Both the position numbers and the translations under genes were made by a program. 32,000 bases of DNA. Origin: Thermodesulfobacteriota bacterium. GTDB taxonomy: Bacteria; Desulfobacterota; WTBG01; JAGOGO01. Shown one piece after another: positions 1 through 10,141 of the stretch (positions within the stretch are counted from its first letter, which is position 1; every line of letters begins with the position of its first letter). The stretch spans positions 1,995,622 to 2,027,621 of the forward strand of contig CP113000.1 of NCBI GenBank assembly GCA_026625185.1, given 5' to 3'. The notes below the pieces were generated by a model. It had not been told where the DNA came from, did not search any database, and saw only the letters and a list, made by a program, of their open reading frames with translations.

Positions 1-819
1 GCCGGGAAAAAATTTGCGGTATTGAACCAGGATGATCCCCAGACGTCTCATTTTCGTTCGCTTACCTCGGTTTCGGTTGTTCAGTATGGTATGGGAAAAG
101 ACGTCGATATAACCATTGAGAAAGCGCAGGTTTCTCAAGAAGGGGTACGCGGAACACTGAAAACTCCTCGAGGAGATATAAGGTTTATTTCTTCTCTTTT
201 TGGTCGGTTTAATCTTTATAACATTATGGCTGCCACGGGAGCAGCCATTTGTTTGGATACTCCTCGTGAAGCGATCCGTTCGGGAATCGAGAATTTTATT
301 TCCGTCCCCGGAAGGATGGAGAGGGTAGGGCAGGAAAGAAATTTCACTATTCTTGTTGACTACGCCCATACTCCTGATGCTCTGGAGAAAGTCCTTTTGT
401 CGCTTAGGGAGCTCGCACCACTAAGGATTATAACGGTATTTGGCTGTGGTGGAGATCGGGATCGGAACAAAAGACCGATGATGGGTGAAATAGCGGCGAA
501 GCTGAGTGATTTAGTCGTGATTACTTCTGATAACCCTCGGACCGAAAGGCCGGAGGATATTATTGCCGAGATTGAAGAGGGAGTTAAAAGCGCCGGTCTG
601 GAAAAAATTTCTCCTCGTGAGGCACCCTATCGCAATGGTTATTTTGCGGTGGCAGACCGGTTTGAAGCCATTCAGAATGCTCTTCACATGGCAAAGCGAG
701 GAGATATTGTGCTGGTTGCCGGCAAAGGTCATGAAGACTATCAGATTATCGGGAAGCAGAGGATACCTTTTGATGACCGGGAGACGATTAAAGAAGCGCT
801 CAATAAAATTAAACCATAG
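1..819 (+). CDS. murE: UDP-N-acetylmuramoyl-L-alanyl-D-glutamate--2,6-diaminopimelate ligase, C-terminal part (5' end outside window)
   Basis: The frame is open from nt 1 (AGKKFAVLNQDD...). Mur-ligase C-terminal motifs are present: DYAHTPDALEKVL, GCGGDRDRNKRPMMG and TSDNPRTE (the DNPR motif typical of meso-DAP-adding MurE). It lies upstream of murF in a dcw cluster. Confidence 0.9.
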   Translation, partial: AGKKFAVLNQDDPQTSHFRSLTSVSVVQYGMGKDVDITIEKAQVSQEGVRGTLKTPRGDIRFISSLFGRFNLYNIMAATGAAICLDTPREAIRSGIENFISVPGRMERVGQERNFTILVDYAHTPDALEKVLLSLRELAPLRIITVFGCGGDRDRNKRPMMGEIAAKLSDLVVITSDNPRTERPEDIIAEIEEGVKSAGLEKISPREAPYRNGYFAVADRFEAIQNALHMAKRGDIVLVAGKGHEDYQIIGKQRIPFDDRETIKEALNKIKP

Positions 820-837
820 GATAAACGGAGGTTTTAT

Positions 838-1026
838 ATGGAAGGAGTTTTAGCGTCAAAGAGTGCGATAAAAAATTTTAGCGGTTACATTATGTGCCTG
901 CATCGGAAAAATACCCCCCGGATTTCGGTGAAGGTTTGCGAGCAAAGTTGCCCTTTCAAAAGCGAGTGTAAGGAGTACCGGATATTTTTTGACGACCAAT
1001 CAGGGAAGAGCAGATCGGTCAACTAA
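838..1026 (+). CDS. hypothetical small Cys-rich protein (62 aa)
   Basis: ATG at 838 is preceded by GGAGG (827-831) with a 6-nt spacer. The protein has four Cys spaced C-x13-C-x3-C-x5-C. I recognise no family. Confidence 0.45.
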   Translation: MEGVLASKSAIKNFSGYIMCLHRKNTPRISVKVCEQSCPFKSECKEYRIFFDDQSGKSRSVN

Positions 1027-1058
1027 ATTTTATTAACTTTAGCATCATGGAGGAGAAC

Positions 1059-1244
1059 ATGGCACTAAAATCCCATTGCGCAATTTGCAAAATTCGGATT
1101 TCTGCGGAAAGAACGCCGATTTCAGTATTTTGTTGGATTTTGCGATGGCACACAAATTGGTGTCCTGGCTGGAAGTCCTACCATAGAGAATTGGTTGAGA
1201 GGCTGAGATGTTTAACTCAAGACAACCTAACCCTCGAACAATGA
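1059..1244 (+). CDS. hypothetical small Cys/Trp-rich protein (61 aa from the second ATG)
   Basis: The track ORF starts at 1047, but only the ATG at 1059 has an SD-like GGAGGAG (1049-1055). There is an N-terminal CxxC (HCAICK) plus three more Cys. Composition is odd (4 Trp), so it may be non-coding. Confidence 0.3.
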   Translation: MALKSHCAICKIRISAERTPISVFCWILRWHTNWCPGWKSYHRELVERLRCLTQDNLTLEQ

Positions 1245-1268
1245 GTTAATGACAATAGTTTCTAAAGG

Positions 1269-2711
1269 ATGAGTAACCATTTTTCGGTCCAATGGGTTGT
1301 TGATGCCCTCCAAGGGCAGCTTAAAAGGGGGAACCCAGAGACAGAATACCTAGGGATATCGACTGATTCTCGCACTATCAAACCCGGGGAAATTTTTTTA
1401 GCGCTTAAGGGAGATACCTTTGATGGGCATGATTTTATTAGTGAGGTCATTAATAAAGGCGCTTTAGGGGTAGTGCTACAATCGGGAAGGTTAATATCTC
1501 AAGGCAAAAAAGACTTCATTGTCATCGAAGTCAACGATACGCTTTATGCTTTAGGGGAATGTGCCGCTCATTATCGCCGGCTGTATGGTATCCCCCTTGT
1601 GGCGGTTACCGGCAGCAATGGCAAAACAACAACCAAAGAAATGATTGCCGCTATTCTATCGACGAAAAGGCGAGTTTTGAAAAACCAGGGAAATTTTAAT
1701 AACCTGATTGGTCTTCCGTTAAGTTTGCTTAAACTTTCATCCGCGCATGATGTTGGGGTGTTCGAATTAGGCATGAACCGGAGAGGTGAGATTGCGCGAC
1801 TGGTCGAAATCGCTCACCCTACCGTGGGCGTCGTTACCAACGTGGGTCCGGTTCATTTAGAATATCTTAAGACGATTGATGAGGTGGCAGAGGCAAAAGG
1901 TGAGCTTTTTCAAAACCTGCCTTCTGAGGCAACAGCAATTTTCAACCAAGATGACCCCAGGATCCAGAACTTGTCGTCACGATTTTCAGGAAAGAAAATT
2001 ACGATTGGAATGAAAAACCCGGGCGATGTGACTGCCAGCAATATTGTTCCCTTGGGAGCAGACGGTATGCGGTTTAATCTGGTGATACGAGAAAAGACCC
2101 TGCCGGTTTTTCTTCCTATGATCGGAGCGCATAATGTTATGAACGCGTTAGCTGCTGCCGGGGCAGTAACCGCTTTAGGAGAAGAGCCCGCCATGATCCC
2201 TGAGGGACTTAAAAATTTTCGCAACCTTAAGTTGCGCCAACAATTGATTACGTTGCCGGAGGGCATAACCATTATTAATGATACCTATAATGCCAACCCG
2301 GTATCGATGAAAAAAGCTTTAGAGACGTTTTCCCTTCTTCAAGGTTCTTCCCGGGGGATCATTATTCTGGGGGATATGCTGGAACTCGGATCTCACGCCG
2401 CTGCTTTGCACCGGGAGCTGGGGCGCGAGGTGGCAAAAATGGGTGTAAGTTTACTGCTCATTATGGGAAAATTTTCTTCTGATGTGAGAGAGGGAGCGCT
2501 TTCCGGCGGATTGCCTTCCACTTTTATTTATATTGGGAAAAACCATCAGCACCTTATTGATTTTCTTCGTGGGGTTCTCAAACCAGGAGATTTAGTTTTG
2601 GTGAAAGGGTCACGAGGGATGGCGATGGAGAAAGTAGTTGAAGGATTAATGCGAGAAGATAATCCCCGAACCTCCAAAGAATCAGGGGCGAGGGCACCTA
2701 AAAAAATTTAG
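1269..2711 (+). CDS. murF: UDP-N-acetylmuramoyl-tripeptide--D-alanyl-D-alanine ligase
   Basis: P-loop GSNGKTTTKEM, DTYNANP and GDMLELG motifs. The N-terminus (STDSR...PGEIFLAL.G) is typical of MurF. dcw position fits. Confidence 0.92.
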   Translation: MSNHFSVQWVVDALQGQLKRGNPETEYLGISTDSRTIKPGEIFLALKGDTFDGHDFISEVINKGALGVVLQSGRLISQGKKDFIVIEVNDTLYALGECAAHYRRLYGIPLVAVTGSNGKTTTKEMIAAILSTKRRVLKNQGNFNNLIGLPLSLLKLSSAHDVGVFELGMNRRGEIARLVEIAHPTVGVVTNVGPVHLEYLKTIDEVAEAKGELFQNLPSEATAIFNQDDPRIQNLSSRFSGKKITIGMKNPGDVTASNIVPLGADGMRFNLVIREKTLPVFLPMIGAHNVMNALAAAGAVTALGEEPAMIPEGLKNFRNLKLRQQLITLPEGITIINDTYNANPVSMKKALETFSLLQGSSRGIIILGDMLELGSHAAALHRELGREVAKMGVSLLLIMGKFSSDVREGALSGGLPSTFIYIGKNHQHLIDFLRGVLKPGDLVLVKGSRGMAMEKVVEGLMREDNPRTSKESGARAPKKI

Positions 2712-2727
2712 ACCGGTAGGAATTATC

Positions 2728-3102
2728 ATGCTCTCCACAACACTACCTTTAAAAATTATGATCGTTGATGACACCGATGATGTCCGCGAGCTTATCGGAG
2801 CCTTTTTACGGGCACGGGGCTACGACATAACCATGGCAACCGATGGAGTAGATGCTTTGGAAAAATTGGGAAATGACACGTTCTCCCTTATCATTACGGA
2901 TATCAATATGCCGAAAATGAATGGGCCGGAACTCCTGGAAACTATGAGCAGATCAACCAAAGACTATAAGGCAGTGGTTATGTCTACCTACATTGGAGAT
3001 AAAATAAAAACTGAACTCCGCAAAAAAGGAGCGGTTTCCTTTCTGTTGAAGCCATTTTCTTTGAGGCAACTGGAGGATGTTGTCGCACAAGGGTTAGCTT
3101 AA
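2728..3102 (+). CDS. stand-alone response-regulator receiver domain (CheY-like, 124 aa)
   Basis: IMIVDDTDD acidic pocket, ITDINMP phospho-acceptor Asp, VVMST and LLKPF (conserved Thr/Ser and Lys). There is no output domain. Confidence 0.88.
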   Translation: MLSTTLPLKIMIVDDTDDVRELIGAFLRARGYDITMATDGVDALEKLGNDTFSLIITDINMPKMNGPELLETMSRSTKDYKAVVMSTYIGDKIKTELRKKGAVSFLLKPFSLRQLEDVVAQGLA

Positions 3103-3135
3103 TAATAGGAAAAATTTTTGAGCGTAATATAAAAA

Positions 3136-4206
3136 ATGCTTTATCATCTCCTTTATCCTTTGCATACGGAATGGTTTGTATTTAATGTTTTTAAATATAT
3201 AACCTTCCGGACTATTTACGCTACTATAACCGCGCTCCTCCTTACCATGGTATTGGGGCCGTGGTTTATCCGGAAGGTTTCCGAGCTTAAAATGGGGGAA
3301 GTTATCCGTAATGATGGTCCTCAATCTCATTTTCAGAAAAAGGGAACCCCGACCATGGGCGGTATCCTCATTTTAGGCGCGGTGATTTTTTCAACCCTCC
3401 TCTGGGCTAACTTGACGAATCCATTTATTTGGGTAGCGATTTTTATTGCCGTGGGTTTTGGGACTCTTGGCATGGTTGATGATTTAAAAAAATTGAAAAA
3501 AGGCAAGGGGATTTCCGTGCGGGCCAAATTTCTTTTCCAAATACTGGTAGCGCTCGTTGTGTCGTGTTACCTTACTTTTTCCCTTCGTTTAGATACGCAT
3601 CTTTATGTCCCCTTTCTTAAAAACACAACTCCGGACCTCGGCTGGTTTTTTGTTATTTTTGCCATGCTGGTGATTGTGGGAACTTCTAATGCGGTTAATC
3701 TGACCGATGGTCTTGATGGATTAGCGATCGGGCCAACGGCAATCGCTTTTGGCACCTATCTTGTTTTTGTTTATTGCACCGGCCATTATAAAATCGCTCA
3801 ATATTTGCAAATTCCTTTTATTAAAGGTGCAGGGGAACTCGCGGTCTTCTGTGGAGCAATGGTGGGGGCAGGAATGGGTTTCCTTTGGTACAACACCTAT
3901 CCTGCTCAGATTTTTATGGGGGATGTGGGCTCGTTAGCGTTGGGAGGTTCCCTGGGCACGATTGCGGTGATTGCTAAACAAGAGATCGTACTGGCTATTG
4001 TGGGGGGGGTCTTTGTTATGGAGACGTTATCAGTGATTTTTCAGGTTGGTTCCTACCGGCTCAGGGGAAAAAGAATTTTTCGGATGGCCCCGCTTCACCA
4101 CCATTTTGAACTTAAAGGGTGGCAAGAGCCTAAAATTATCGTTCGTTTTTGGATCATCACGGTCTTATTAGCCCTTTTGACTTTGAGTACCTTAAAGTTG
4201 CGATGA
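3136..4206 (+). CDS. mraY: phospho-N-acetylmuramoyl-pentapeptide transferase
   Basis: Polytopic membrane protein with the MraY motifs Kx[20 protein letters not shown] and [11 protein letters not shown], plus APLHHHFE. Confidence 0.95.
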   Translation: MLYHLLYPLHTEWFVFNVFKYITFRTIYATITALLLTMVLGPWFIRKVSELKMGEVIRNDGPQSHFQKKGTPTMGGILILGAVIFSTLLWANLTNPFIWVAIFIAVGFGTLGMVDDLKKLKKGKGISVRAKFLFQILVALVVSCYLTFSLRLDTHLYVPFLKNTTPDLGWFFVIFAMLVIVGTSNAVNLTDGLDGLAIGPTAIAFGTYLVFVYCTGHYKIAQYLQIPFIKGAGELAVFCGAMVGAGMGFLWYNTYPAQIFMGDVGSLALGGSLGTIAVIAKQEIVLAIVGGVFVMETLSVIFQVGSYRLRGKRIFRMAPLHHHFELKGWQEPKIIVRFWIITVLLALLTLSTLKLR

Positions 4207-5624
4207 ATTCATTGACTGAACTAAACAATAAAAATATTTTGGTGGTAGGGTTTGGAAAAACCGGAAAGGCGATGACCAGATTCCTTTTAGATCGAGGAGC
4301 TTTGGTTACCGTAAATGATAGTAAAACGAATACGGAGTTGTTCGCAGACATTGCTCCTTTTAAAAAAGATGGAGCAACTTTTATTTTAGGAAGCCATCCC
4401 TCGGAAATTTTTCTTTGCCAGGACTTTATTGTCCTTAGCCCAGGAGTTGACCCTAATCTCTTTCCTCTTCGCCAAGCACATGAAGGGGGGATACCTCTGG
4501 TCAGTGAAATTGAACTGGCCTCGTGGTTTATCAGGACTCCTATGATTGGTATCACTGGCACCAACGGAAAGACGACGACAACCTCGTTGCTTTCGGAGAT
4601 TCTGCGCCACGCAGGGTTTTCAGTTTTTACGGGTGGCAATATCGGAAACCCGTTGATTAACTTTGTTCAGAATAAAATTAAGGCAGATTTTTTAGTTGTG
4701 GAACTATCCAGCTTCCAACTTGAGGCGATTGAAAAGTTTTGTCCTCACATTGCTGTTTTACTCAATATTACCGAAGATCATCTCGATCGTTATCCCGGAT
4801 TTGCAGCGTATTGTGAAGCAAAATACCGAATTTTTTTGAACCAGACTAAAGAAAATTTTGCTATTGTTAATTATGATGATGGTGCGTGCCGAGCGATTAT
4901 TCCTTCGCTTTCGGCTCGGGTGTTGCCCTTTAGTCAAGAAAAAGTTTTGACGGAGGGGATGTACTCCAATGGCAAGTTTTTGTATTTTCGAGGCACGGAT
5001 GATTCCGTTCATGCGTATCGCCTCGCTAAAGTCAAACTTTTTGGAGTCCATAACCTGCAAAATATGTTAGCTGCTATCGGAGCATCTGAAGTATGCGGAT
5101 GTTCTCCCGAGAAGATTCAAGAGGCTTTAGAAAACTTTCAGGGACTGCACCATCGGATAGAGTTTGTCCATGAAATTAATGGTATATCTTTTTATAATGA
5201 CTCCAAAGCAACCAACATTGATGCCTTGCTTAAGGCACTGCAAAGCTTTCCTAAAAATATTATTCTCATTGCCGGCGGTCGCGAAAAGGGAGGCGATTAC
5301 AGTGTTCTCAAAGAAGAGATCAAGAAGAAGGTGAAACTTCTGATTGCTATCGGAGAAACCCGGGAAAAGTTTTGTAACCTTTTCGGTTCGGTCACAACCA
5401 CCGGTTGCGCCGCAACCTTAGATGAGGCAGTTCAGACAGCATTTCAAAACGCCGCTCAGGGGGATATTGTTCTTTTGGCGCCAGCATGCGCCAGTTTTGA
5501 TATGTTTGCGAACTATGAAGAGCGGGGACAAAAATTTATCGACGCAGTCAGGCGACTCTCTCACAATAAGAATGATCATCACTCAGATGACAACTATGGT
5601 TACGCGCGATGCATAAAAGAATAA
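4203..5624 (+). CDS. murD: UDP-N-acetylmuramoylalanine--D-glutamate ligase
   Basis: The N-terminal Rossmann motif VVGFGKTG follows the ATG at 4203, which overlaps the mraY stop (ATGA). [12 protein letters not shown]-loop is present. The track ORF start at 4149 lies inside mraY and is not used. Confidence 0.92.
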   Translation: MNSLTELNNKNILVVGFGKTGKAMTRFLLDRGALVTVNDSKTNTELFADIAPFKKDGATFILGSHPSEIFLCQDFIVLSPGVDPNLFPLRQAHEGGIPLVSEIELASWFIRTPMIGITGTNGKTTTTSLLSEILRHAGFSVFTGGNIGNPLINFVQNKIKADFLVVELSSFQLEAIEKFCPHIAVLLNITEDHLDRYPGFAAYCEAKYRIFLNQTKENFAIVNYDDGACRAIIPSLSARVLPFSQEKVLTEGMYSNGKFLYFRGTDDSVHAYRLAKVKLFGVHNLQNMLAAIGASEVCGCSPEKIQEALENFQGLHHRIEFVHEINGISFYNDSKATNIDALLKALQSFPKNIILIAGGREKGGDYSVLKEEIKKKVKLLIAIGETREKFCNLFGSVTTTGCAATLDEAVQTAFQNAAQGDIVLLAPACASFDMFANYEERGQKFIDAVRRLSHNKNDHHSDDNYGYARCIKE

Positions 5625-6712
5625 CGGATACATTGCTGCTATCCTCAGTGTTAGCCCTTTTAAGTATCGGGGTTATCATGGTATACAGCACGAGTTCTAT
5701 CACTGCGCTGAGGTCTTACCATGATGAGTATTTTTTTTTAAAAAAAGAATTGCTTTATGCGTCGCTGGGAATTTTATTTCTCCTCATTTTCGCGCGCGTT
5801 CCTTACCAATACTTAGGAAAACGAGTCTACTTTGTGCTGGGTCTAAGTTTTTTAGGACTTATCTTAGTGCTTGTTCCTAATGTGGGAGTTTGCATCGGAG
5901 GAGCAAAACGCTGGATTCATGTTGGTCCCTTTTCGATGCAGCCGGCAGAATTTACCAAACTCGGATTGATTATTTATTTAAGTTTTTTTCTTAATAAAAA
6001 GCAGGAGAATCTGAAAAAGTTTTCTACCGGTTTGCTTCCCCCCTTGATTATTACCGGTCTTTTTATGGGGTTGGTTCTTTTGCAACCTGATTTTGGAACG
6101 ACCTTTCTTTTGGTGTCGCTGCTTTTCATTCTTTTATTTGTCGGCGGTGGAAGGATTTTGCATCTGGGGCTCGTTTTGATTGTCTTTGGGTGCGCAGGCA
6201 TTTTTTTGGTTATGAAGAGCCCGTACCGTCTGGAAAGAATTTTGACTTTTCTTGATCCCTGGAAAGATCCGATGGGCAAGGGTTTTCAGATTATCCAGTC
6301 TTTTATCGCCTTTGGTACGGGGGGGGTATTTGGTCAAGGATTGGGCAATGGTAAACAAAAACTTTTTTATTTGCCGGAAGCGCATACCGATTTTATTTTT
6401 TCCGTCTTGGGTGAAGAATTAGGACTTATCGGGGTGCTGATTGTCATCAGTCTTTTTTTAATCGTAATTTATTGTGGGATAAGAATTGCCTTGCGGAGTC
6501 GGGACTACTTTGGGACCTATTTAGCAGTCGGCATTATTTCTCTCACGGGATTGCAAGCGATCGTCAATATGGGAGTTGTCATGGGGCTGCTTCCTACGAA
6601 AGGGACCACCCTTCCTTTTATTAGTTACGGAGGAACGTCGTTGATGATAAGCCTGATTGGAGTGGGGATTCTTTTAAACATCTCTTCACAATCGCGGGCG
6701 GATGAGAGGTGA
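5609..6712 (+). CDS. ftsW: SEDS-family peptidoglycan glycosyltransferase / cell division protein FtsW
   Basis: Polytopic FtsW/RodA/SpoVE family member (PAEFTKL, LQPDFGT, HTDFIFS, GLLPTKG.TLPF.SYGG). Its position between murD and murG fits. Confidence 0.92.
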   Translation: MHKRITDTLLLSSVLALLSIGVIMVYSTSSITALRSYHDEYFFLKKELLYASLGILFLLIFARVPYQYLGKRVYFVLGLSFLGLILVLVPNVGVCIGGAKRWIHVGPFSMQPAEFTKLGLIIYLSFFLNKKQENLKKFSTGLLPPLIITGLFMGLVLLQPDFGTTFLLVSLLFILLFVGGGRILHLGLVLIVFGCAGIFLVMKSPYRLERILTFLDPWKDPMGKGFQIIQSFIAFGTGGVFGQGLGNGKQKLFYLPEAHTDFIFSVLGEELGLIGVLIVISLFLIVIYCGIRIALRSRDYFGTYLAVGIISLTGLQAIVNMGVVMGLLPTKGTTLPFISYGGTSLMISLIGVGILLNISSQSRADER

Positions 6713-6715
6713 CTC

Positions 6716-7834
6716 ATGCGCATTATAATTGCGGGTGGAGGAACGGGTGGACATCTTTTTCCGGGGATCGCATTGGCGGAAGAATTTAAAAGTCGGAGTC
6801 TTCATAATGTGGTCATGTTTGTGGGAACGAAAAAAGGAATTGAACAGAGGATAATTCCCCCTATGGGATATGAGCTTAAAACCATCTCTGGAGCAGGGAT
6901 ATTAGGCGGAAGCCTACGCCAGAGAGTAATGGGATTTTTTCAATTTTTGATCGGTTTTTTTCAGGCGCTATGGTTAATCCGTTCGCTTCAGCCGGATCTG
7001 GTGGTGGGGACCGGAGGATATGCATCGGTTTCGGTAATCTTAGCCGCGTACCTTTTGAGGGTGGAGACTGCAATCTGCGAACAAAATAGTATTCCTGGCT
7101 TAACCAATCGTGTTCTGGGGCGGTTGGTGAAAAAAGTTTTTATTGCTTTTGAAGAAAGTGATGTTTTTTTTCCTCGGAGAAAAATTTTTCTTACCGGAAA
7201 TCCGGTTCGAAAAGAGTTCCTTTGTCAACCTTCTCTTTCTGAAAAAAAAGGAGACCGGTTTACCCTCCTCATCCTGGGGGGAAGCCAAGGCGCACGAAGT
7301 ATTAATCGAGGTATGATCGAGTGTTTGGATTATATCGCTTCACTCCGGGACAAGGTGGAAATAATTCATCAAACCGGTTTTCAAGATTTTTCCTGGGTTA
7401 AGGAGGCATATGAAAAAAAAGGATTCAAGGCTGACGTTTTCCCCTTTATTACCGAAATGGCCTCGGCTTACGGGAGAGCCGATTTAGTCGTGAGTCGGGC
7501 AGGGGCGATCAGCATAACGGAGATTTTAGTGACCGGCAAGCCTTCAGTATTAATTCCTTATCCCTACGCAGCGTATAATCATCAAGAAATGAATGCTAAA
7601 ATTTTGGCAGATAAAGGCGCAGCGCGGATGATCCTCGATAAAGACCTCAGAAATATTTTGGGGAAGACAATCCTTTGTCTTATTAACCATTATGAAAAAC
7701 TAAAGGAGATGGGAGATAAAGCAAAGGTTCTGGCGCTGCCCGAAGCAGCGCGGACTATTGTTGACCATTATTTTTCAAAGGGTGAGGTTAATCTTCGGCC
7801 TCGGGAAACCAAAGGAGGGTATTGTCATTTATAA
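6716..7834 (+). CDS. murG: UDP-N-acetylglucosamine--N-acetylmuramyl-(pentapeptide) pyrophosphoryl-undecaprenol GlcNAc transferase
   Basis: N-terminal GGGTGGHLFPG, GGSQGA and HQ..N motifs. dcw position fits. Confidence 0.93.
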   Translation: MRIIIAGGGTGGHLFPGIALAEEFKSRSLHNVVMFVGTKKGIEQRIIPPMGYELKTISGAGILGGSLRQRVMGFFQFLIGFFQALWLIRSLQPDLVVGTGGYASVSVILAAYLLRVETAICEQNSIPGLTNRVLGRLVKKVFIAFEESDVFFPRRKIFLTGNPVRKEFLCQPSLSEKKGDRFTLLILGGSQGARSINRGMIECLDYIASLRDKVEIIHQTGFQDFSWVKEAYEKKGFKADVFPFITEMASAYGRADLVVSRAGAISITEILVTGKPSVLIPYPYAAYNHQEMNAKILADKGAARMILDKDLRNILGKTILCLINHYEKLKEMGDKAKVLALPEAARTIVDHYFSKGEVNLRPRETKGGYCHL

Positions 7835-9203
7835 TCGACCGCAACGTATTTTTATGATCGGTATCGGTGGCGCAGGAATGAGCGGCATTGCTGAAGTGCT
7901 GCTTAACCTTGGCCACCAGGTGTCTGGCTCGGATTTAAAAGAAACCCTTGTTAGCAAACGCTTAGAATCATTAGGGGCCACCATTTACTATGGACACGAC
8001 CGAAAACATGTCCAGGATGTCGATGTGGTTGTGTATTCCTCCGCGGTCACTGTTGATAATCCTGAAATTGCGGCCGCGCGGGAAAAAGTGATTCCTATTA
8101 TTCCCCGGGCCGAGATGCTGGCAGAATTGATGAGAATGAAATATGGGATTGCTGTTGCCGGCACTCATGGTAAAACCACAACGACTTCATTGGTAACTTC
8201 AGTGCTTGCGGAAGGAAAGATTGACCCGACGGTCATTATCGGGGGAAAGCTTAATATTTGTGGAAGTAACGCTAAACTCGGACAGGGAGATTTCCTGGTA
8301 GCAGAGGCTGATGAGAGCGACGGTTCTTTTTTAAAACTTTCTCCTACCATAACGGTGGTGACCAATATTGATACCGACCATCTGGATTTTTACCAGGACC
8401 TCGAGTCTCTCCAGAGAGCTTTTGAGGATTTCAACAACAAAATTCCTTTTTATGGAGTTAACATTCTTTGCCTGGATGACGGAAACATTCAAAACCTTAT
8501 CCCCCGGCTAAAAAAACGCTACCTCACGTATGGACTAAATACTCAAGCGGATTATCAAGCCCGGGAAATACGTTGCGAGGGGTTATCGTCAAAGTTTCAG
8601 GTTGTTTATCACGGTGAGCATTTGGGTGAGTTCGTTCTCCGGATTCCGGGTGTGCACAACATTCAGAATTCGTTAGCGGCAATAGCCGTGGGCCGGGAGT
8701 TGGGTTTAGAGATCATAAACATACAAAAAGGAATTGAAGAATTTCGCGGAGTTGAGCGGCGCTTTCAAATTCAGGGTGAAGCAGAGGGAATCATTGTTGT
8801 TGATGATTACGGCCACCACCCCACGGAAATAAAAGTCACCCTCAACGCAATGAAACAGGTTTGGGCTGATCGAAGGTTGGTCGTGGTCTTTCAACCTCAT
8901 CGATTTAGTCGCACTCAGATTTTATTTAAAGACTTTCTGACGGCTTTTTATCAGGTAGACCACCTGGTGCTTATCGATATCTATCCTGCGGGTGAGAAGC
9001 CCCTTAAAGGGGTTAACGCGAAAGCGCTTTTCCAGGGGATTAAAGATCACGGCCATAAATCAGTAGTTTTTTGTTCGGATACTGAGGAGGCTATTCTTCA
9101 TCTTATCAAAGAATTAAAACCTTCGGATGTGGTTCTTACGTTGGGGGCAGGAGATGTCTGGAAAGTGGGCAGTGAACTGCTACAAAGGCTGGAAAGAAGG
9201 TAA
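7758..9203 (+). CDS. murC: UDP-N-acetylmuramate--L-alanine ligase (start codon uncertain)
   Basis: GIGGAGMSGIAEVL, GTHGKTTTTS and DDYGHHP motifs. The track start TTG 7758 overlaps murG by 77 nt. The first ATG (7854) would delete most of strand beta-1. See the finding on a possible ATT start. Confidence 0.9.
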   Translation: MLTIIFQRVRLIFGLGKPKEGIVIYNRPQRIFMIGIGGAGMSGIAEVLLNLGHQVSGSDLKETLVSKRLESLGATIYYGHDRKHVQDVDVVVYSSAVTVDNPEIAAAREKVIPIIPRAEMLAELMRMKYGIAVAGTHGKTTTTSLVTSVLAEGKIDPTVIIGGKLNICGSNAKLGQGDFLVAEADESDGSFLKLSPTITVVTNIDTDHLDFYQDLESLQRAFEDFNNKIPFYGVNILCLDDGNIQNLIPRLKKRYLTYGLNTQADYQAREIRCEGLSSKFQVVYHGEHLGEFVLRIPGVHNIQNSLAAIAVGRELGLEIINIQKGIEEFRGVERRFQIQGEAEGIIVVDDYGHHPTEIKVTLNAMKQVWADRRLVVVFQPHRFSRTQILFKDFLTAFYQVDHLVLIDIYPAGEKPLKGVNAKALFQGIKDHGHKSVVFCSDTEEAILHLIKELKPSDVVLTLGAGDVWKVGSELLQRLERR

Positions 9204-10127
9204 GTGGTGAAAGATTACCAAAAAACCCGGCTTCGGAAAATTTTCCGGGGAAATTTGCTTTTTAACATTTTACTCAAGGACTTTGTTTCTTTTCGGGTTG
9301 GAGGACCAGCGGAAATTATTGCTTTTCCCCAAGACCAGGAGGACCTTATAAGGCTCATACTTTTTCTTCGGGAAGAAAAAATTTCGTTTTTGGTTTTGGG
9401 AGAAGGCACGAACCTTGTGGTCCGCGATAAAGGGGTAAAGGGAGTCGTGATAAAGCTTTCTTCCGGTTTCCTTGGAATTGAGATCGCCAAAGGAAAAGAA
9501 GAAGAATTTTATGTGAGTTCAAAGGCCGGTGAACGGTTATGGCATCTCATTGAGACTGCCTTTCAATATTGTCTGACCGGATTAGAATTTGCCAGCGGCA
9601 TCCCCGGTTCTGTGGGAGGAGCAGTGGTTATGAATGCAGGAGCATATGGGGGAGAAATGAAAGATATCGTCCATTCCCTTACCATTCTTGTTTCAGACGG
9701 CTCAGTAAGGCAGGTGGAGAAAGAAGCACTCCGGTTTTCCTACCGGAGGCTTGAGTTGCCGGCTGATGCGATTGTGCTTACGGTTGAGGTGGCGTTACGG
9801 CCCGGCAATAAGGAAAAGATTGCGCACGACATTAAAACCAACTTAGCGAAGCGAAAAAAAAATCAGCCCTTGGAACTTCCCAGCGCGGGTTCGGTTTTTA
9901 AAAATCCTCCTGGTTTTTATGCCGGCCAGTTGATTGAGGAATCAGGACTCAAAGGATATCAGGTTGGGGAAGCACAGATCTCTGAACGGCACGCTAACTT
10001 TATCGTCAATTGTGGGAAGGCAACTGCGCATGATGTTTTAGATCTGATCGCTTTGGTACAGGAAAAGGTGTGGCAGGAGAAAGGTATAAAGCTCGAACCC
10101 GAAATCCGAGTGGTGGGAGAAGGGTAA
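9204..10127 (+). CDS. murB: UDP-N-acetylenolpyruvoylglucosamine reductase
   Basis: FAD-binding-domain motifs ([15 protein letters not shown]), [18 protein letters not shown] and SAGSVFKNP. The GTG start directly follows the murC stop. Confidence 0.92.
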   Translation: MVKDYQKTRLRKIFRGNLLFNILLKDFVSFRVGGPAEIIAFPQDQEDLIRLILFLREEKISFLVLGEGTNLVVRDKGVKGVVIKLSSGFLGIEIAKGKEEEFYVSSKAGERLWHLIETAFQYCLTGLEFASGIPGSVGGAVVMNAGAYGGEMKDIVHSLTILVSDGSVRQVEKEALRFSYRRLELPADAIVLTVEVALRPGNKEKIAHDIKTNLAKRKKNQPLELPSAGSVFKNPPGFYAGQLIEESGLKGYQVGEAQISERHANFIVNCGKATAHDVLDLIALVQEKVWQEKGIKLEPEIRVVGEG

Positions 10128-10141
10128 AAGAGAGAAGAAGA

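Noticed and set aside
4149-4202. N-terminal extension of the murD track ORF ([18 protein letters not shown]...)
   Set aside because: It lies entirely inside the mraY coding frame's 3' end. ATG 4203 overlaps the mraY stop (ATGA) and yields the canonical MurD N-terminus immediately before the GxGxxG motif.
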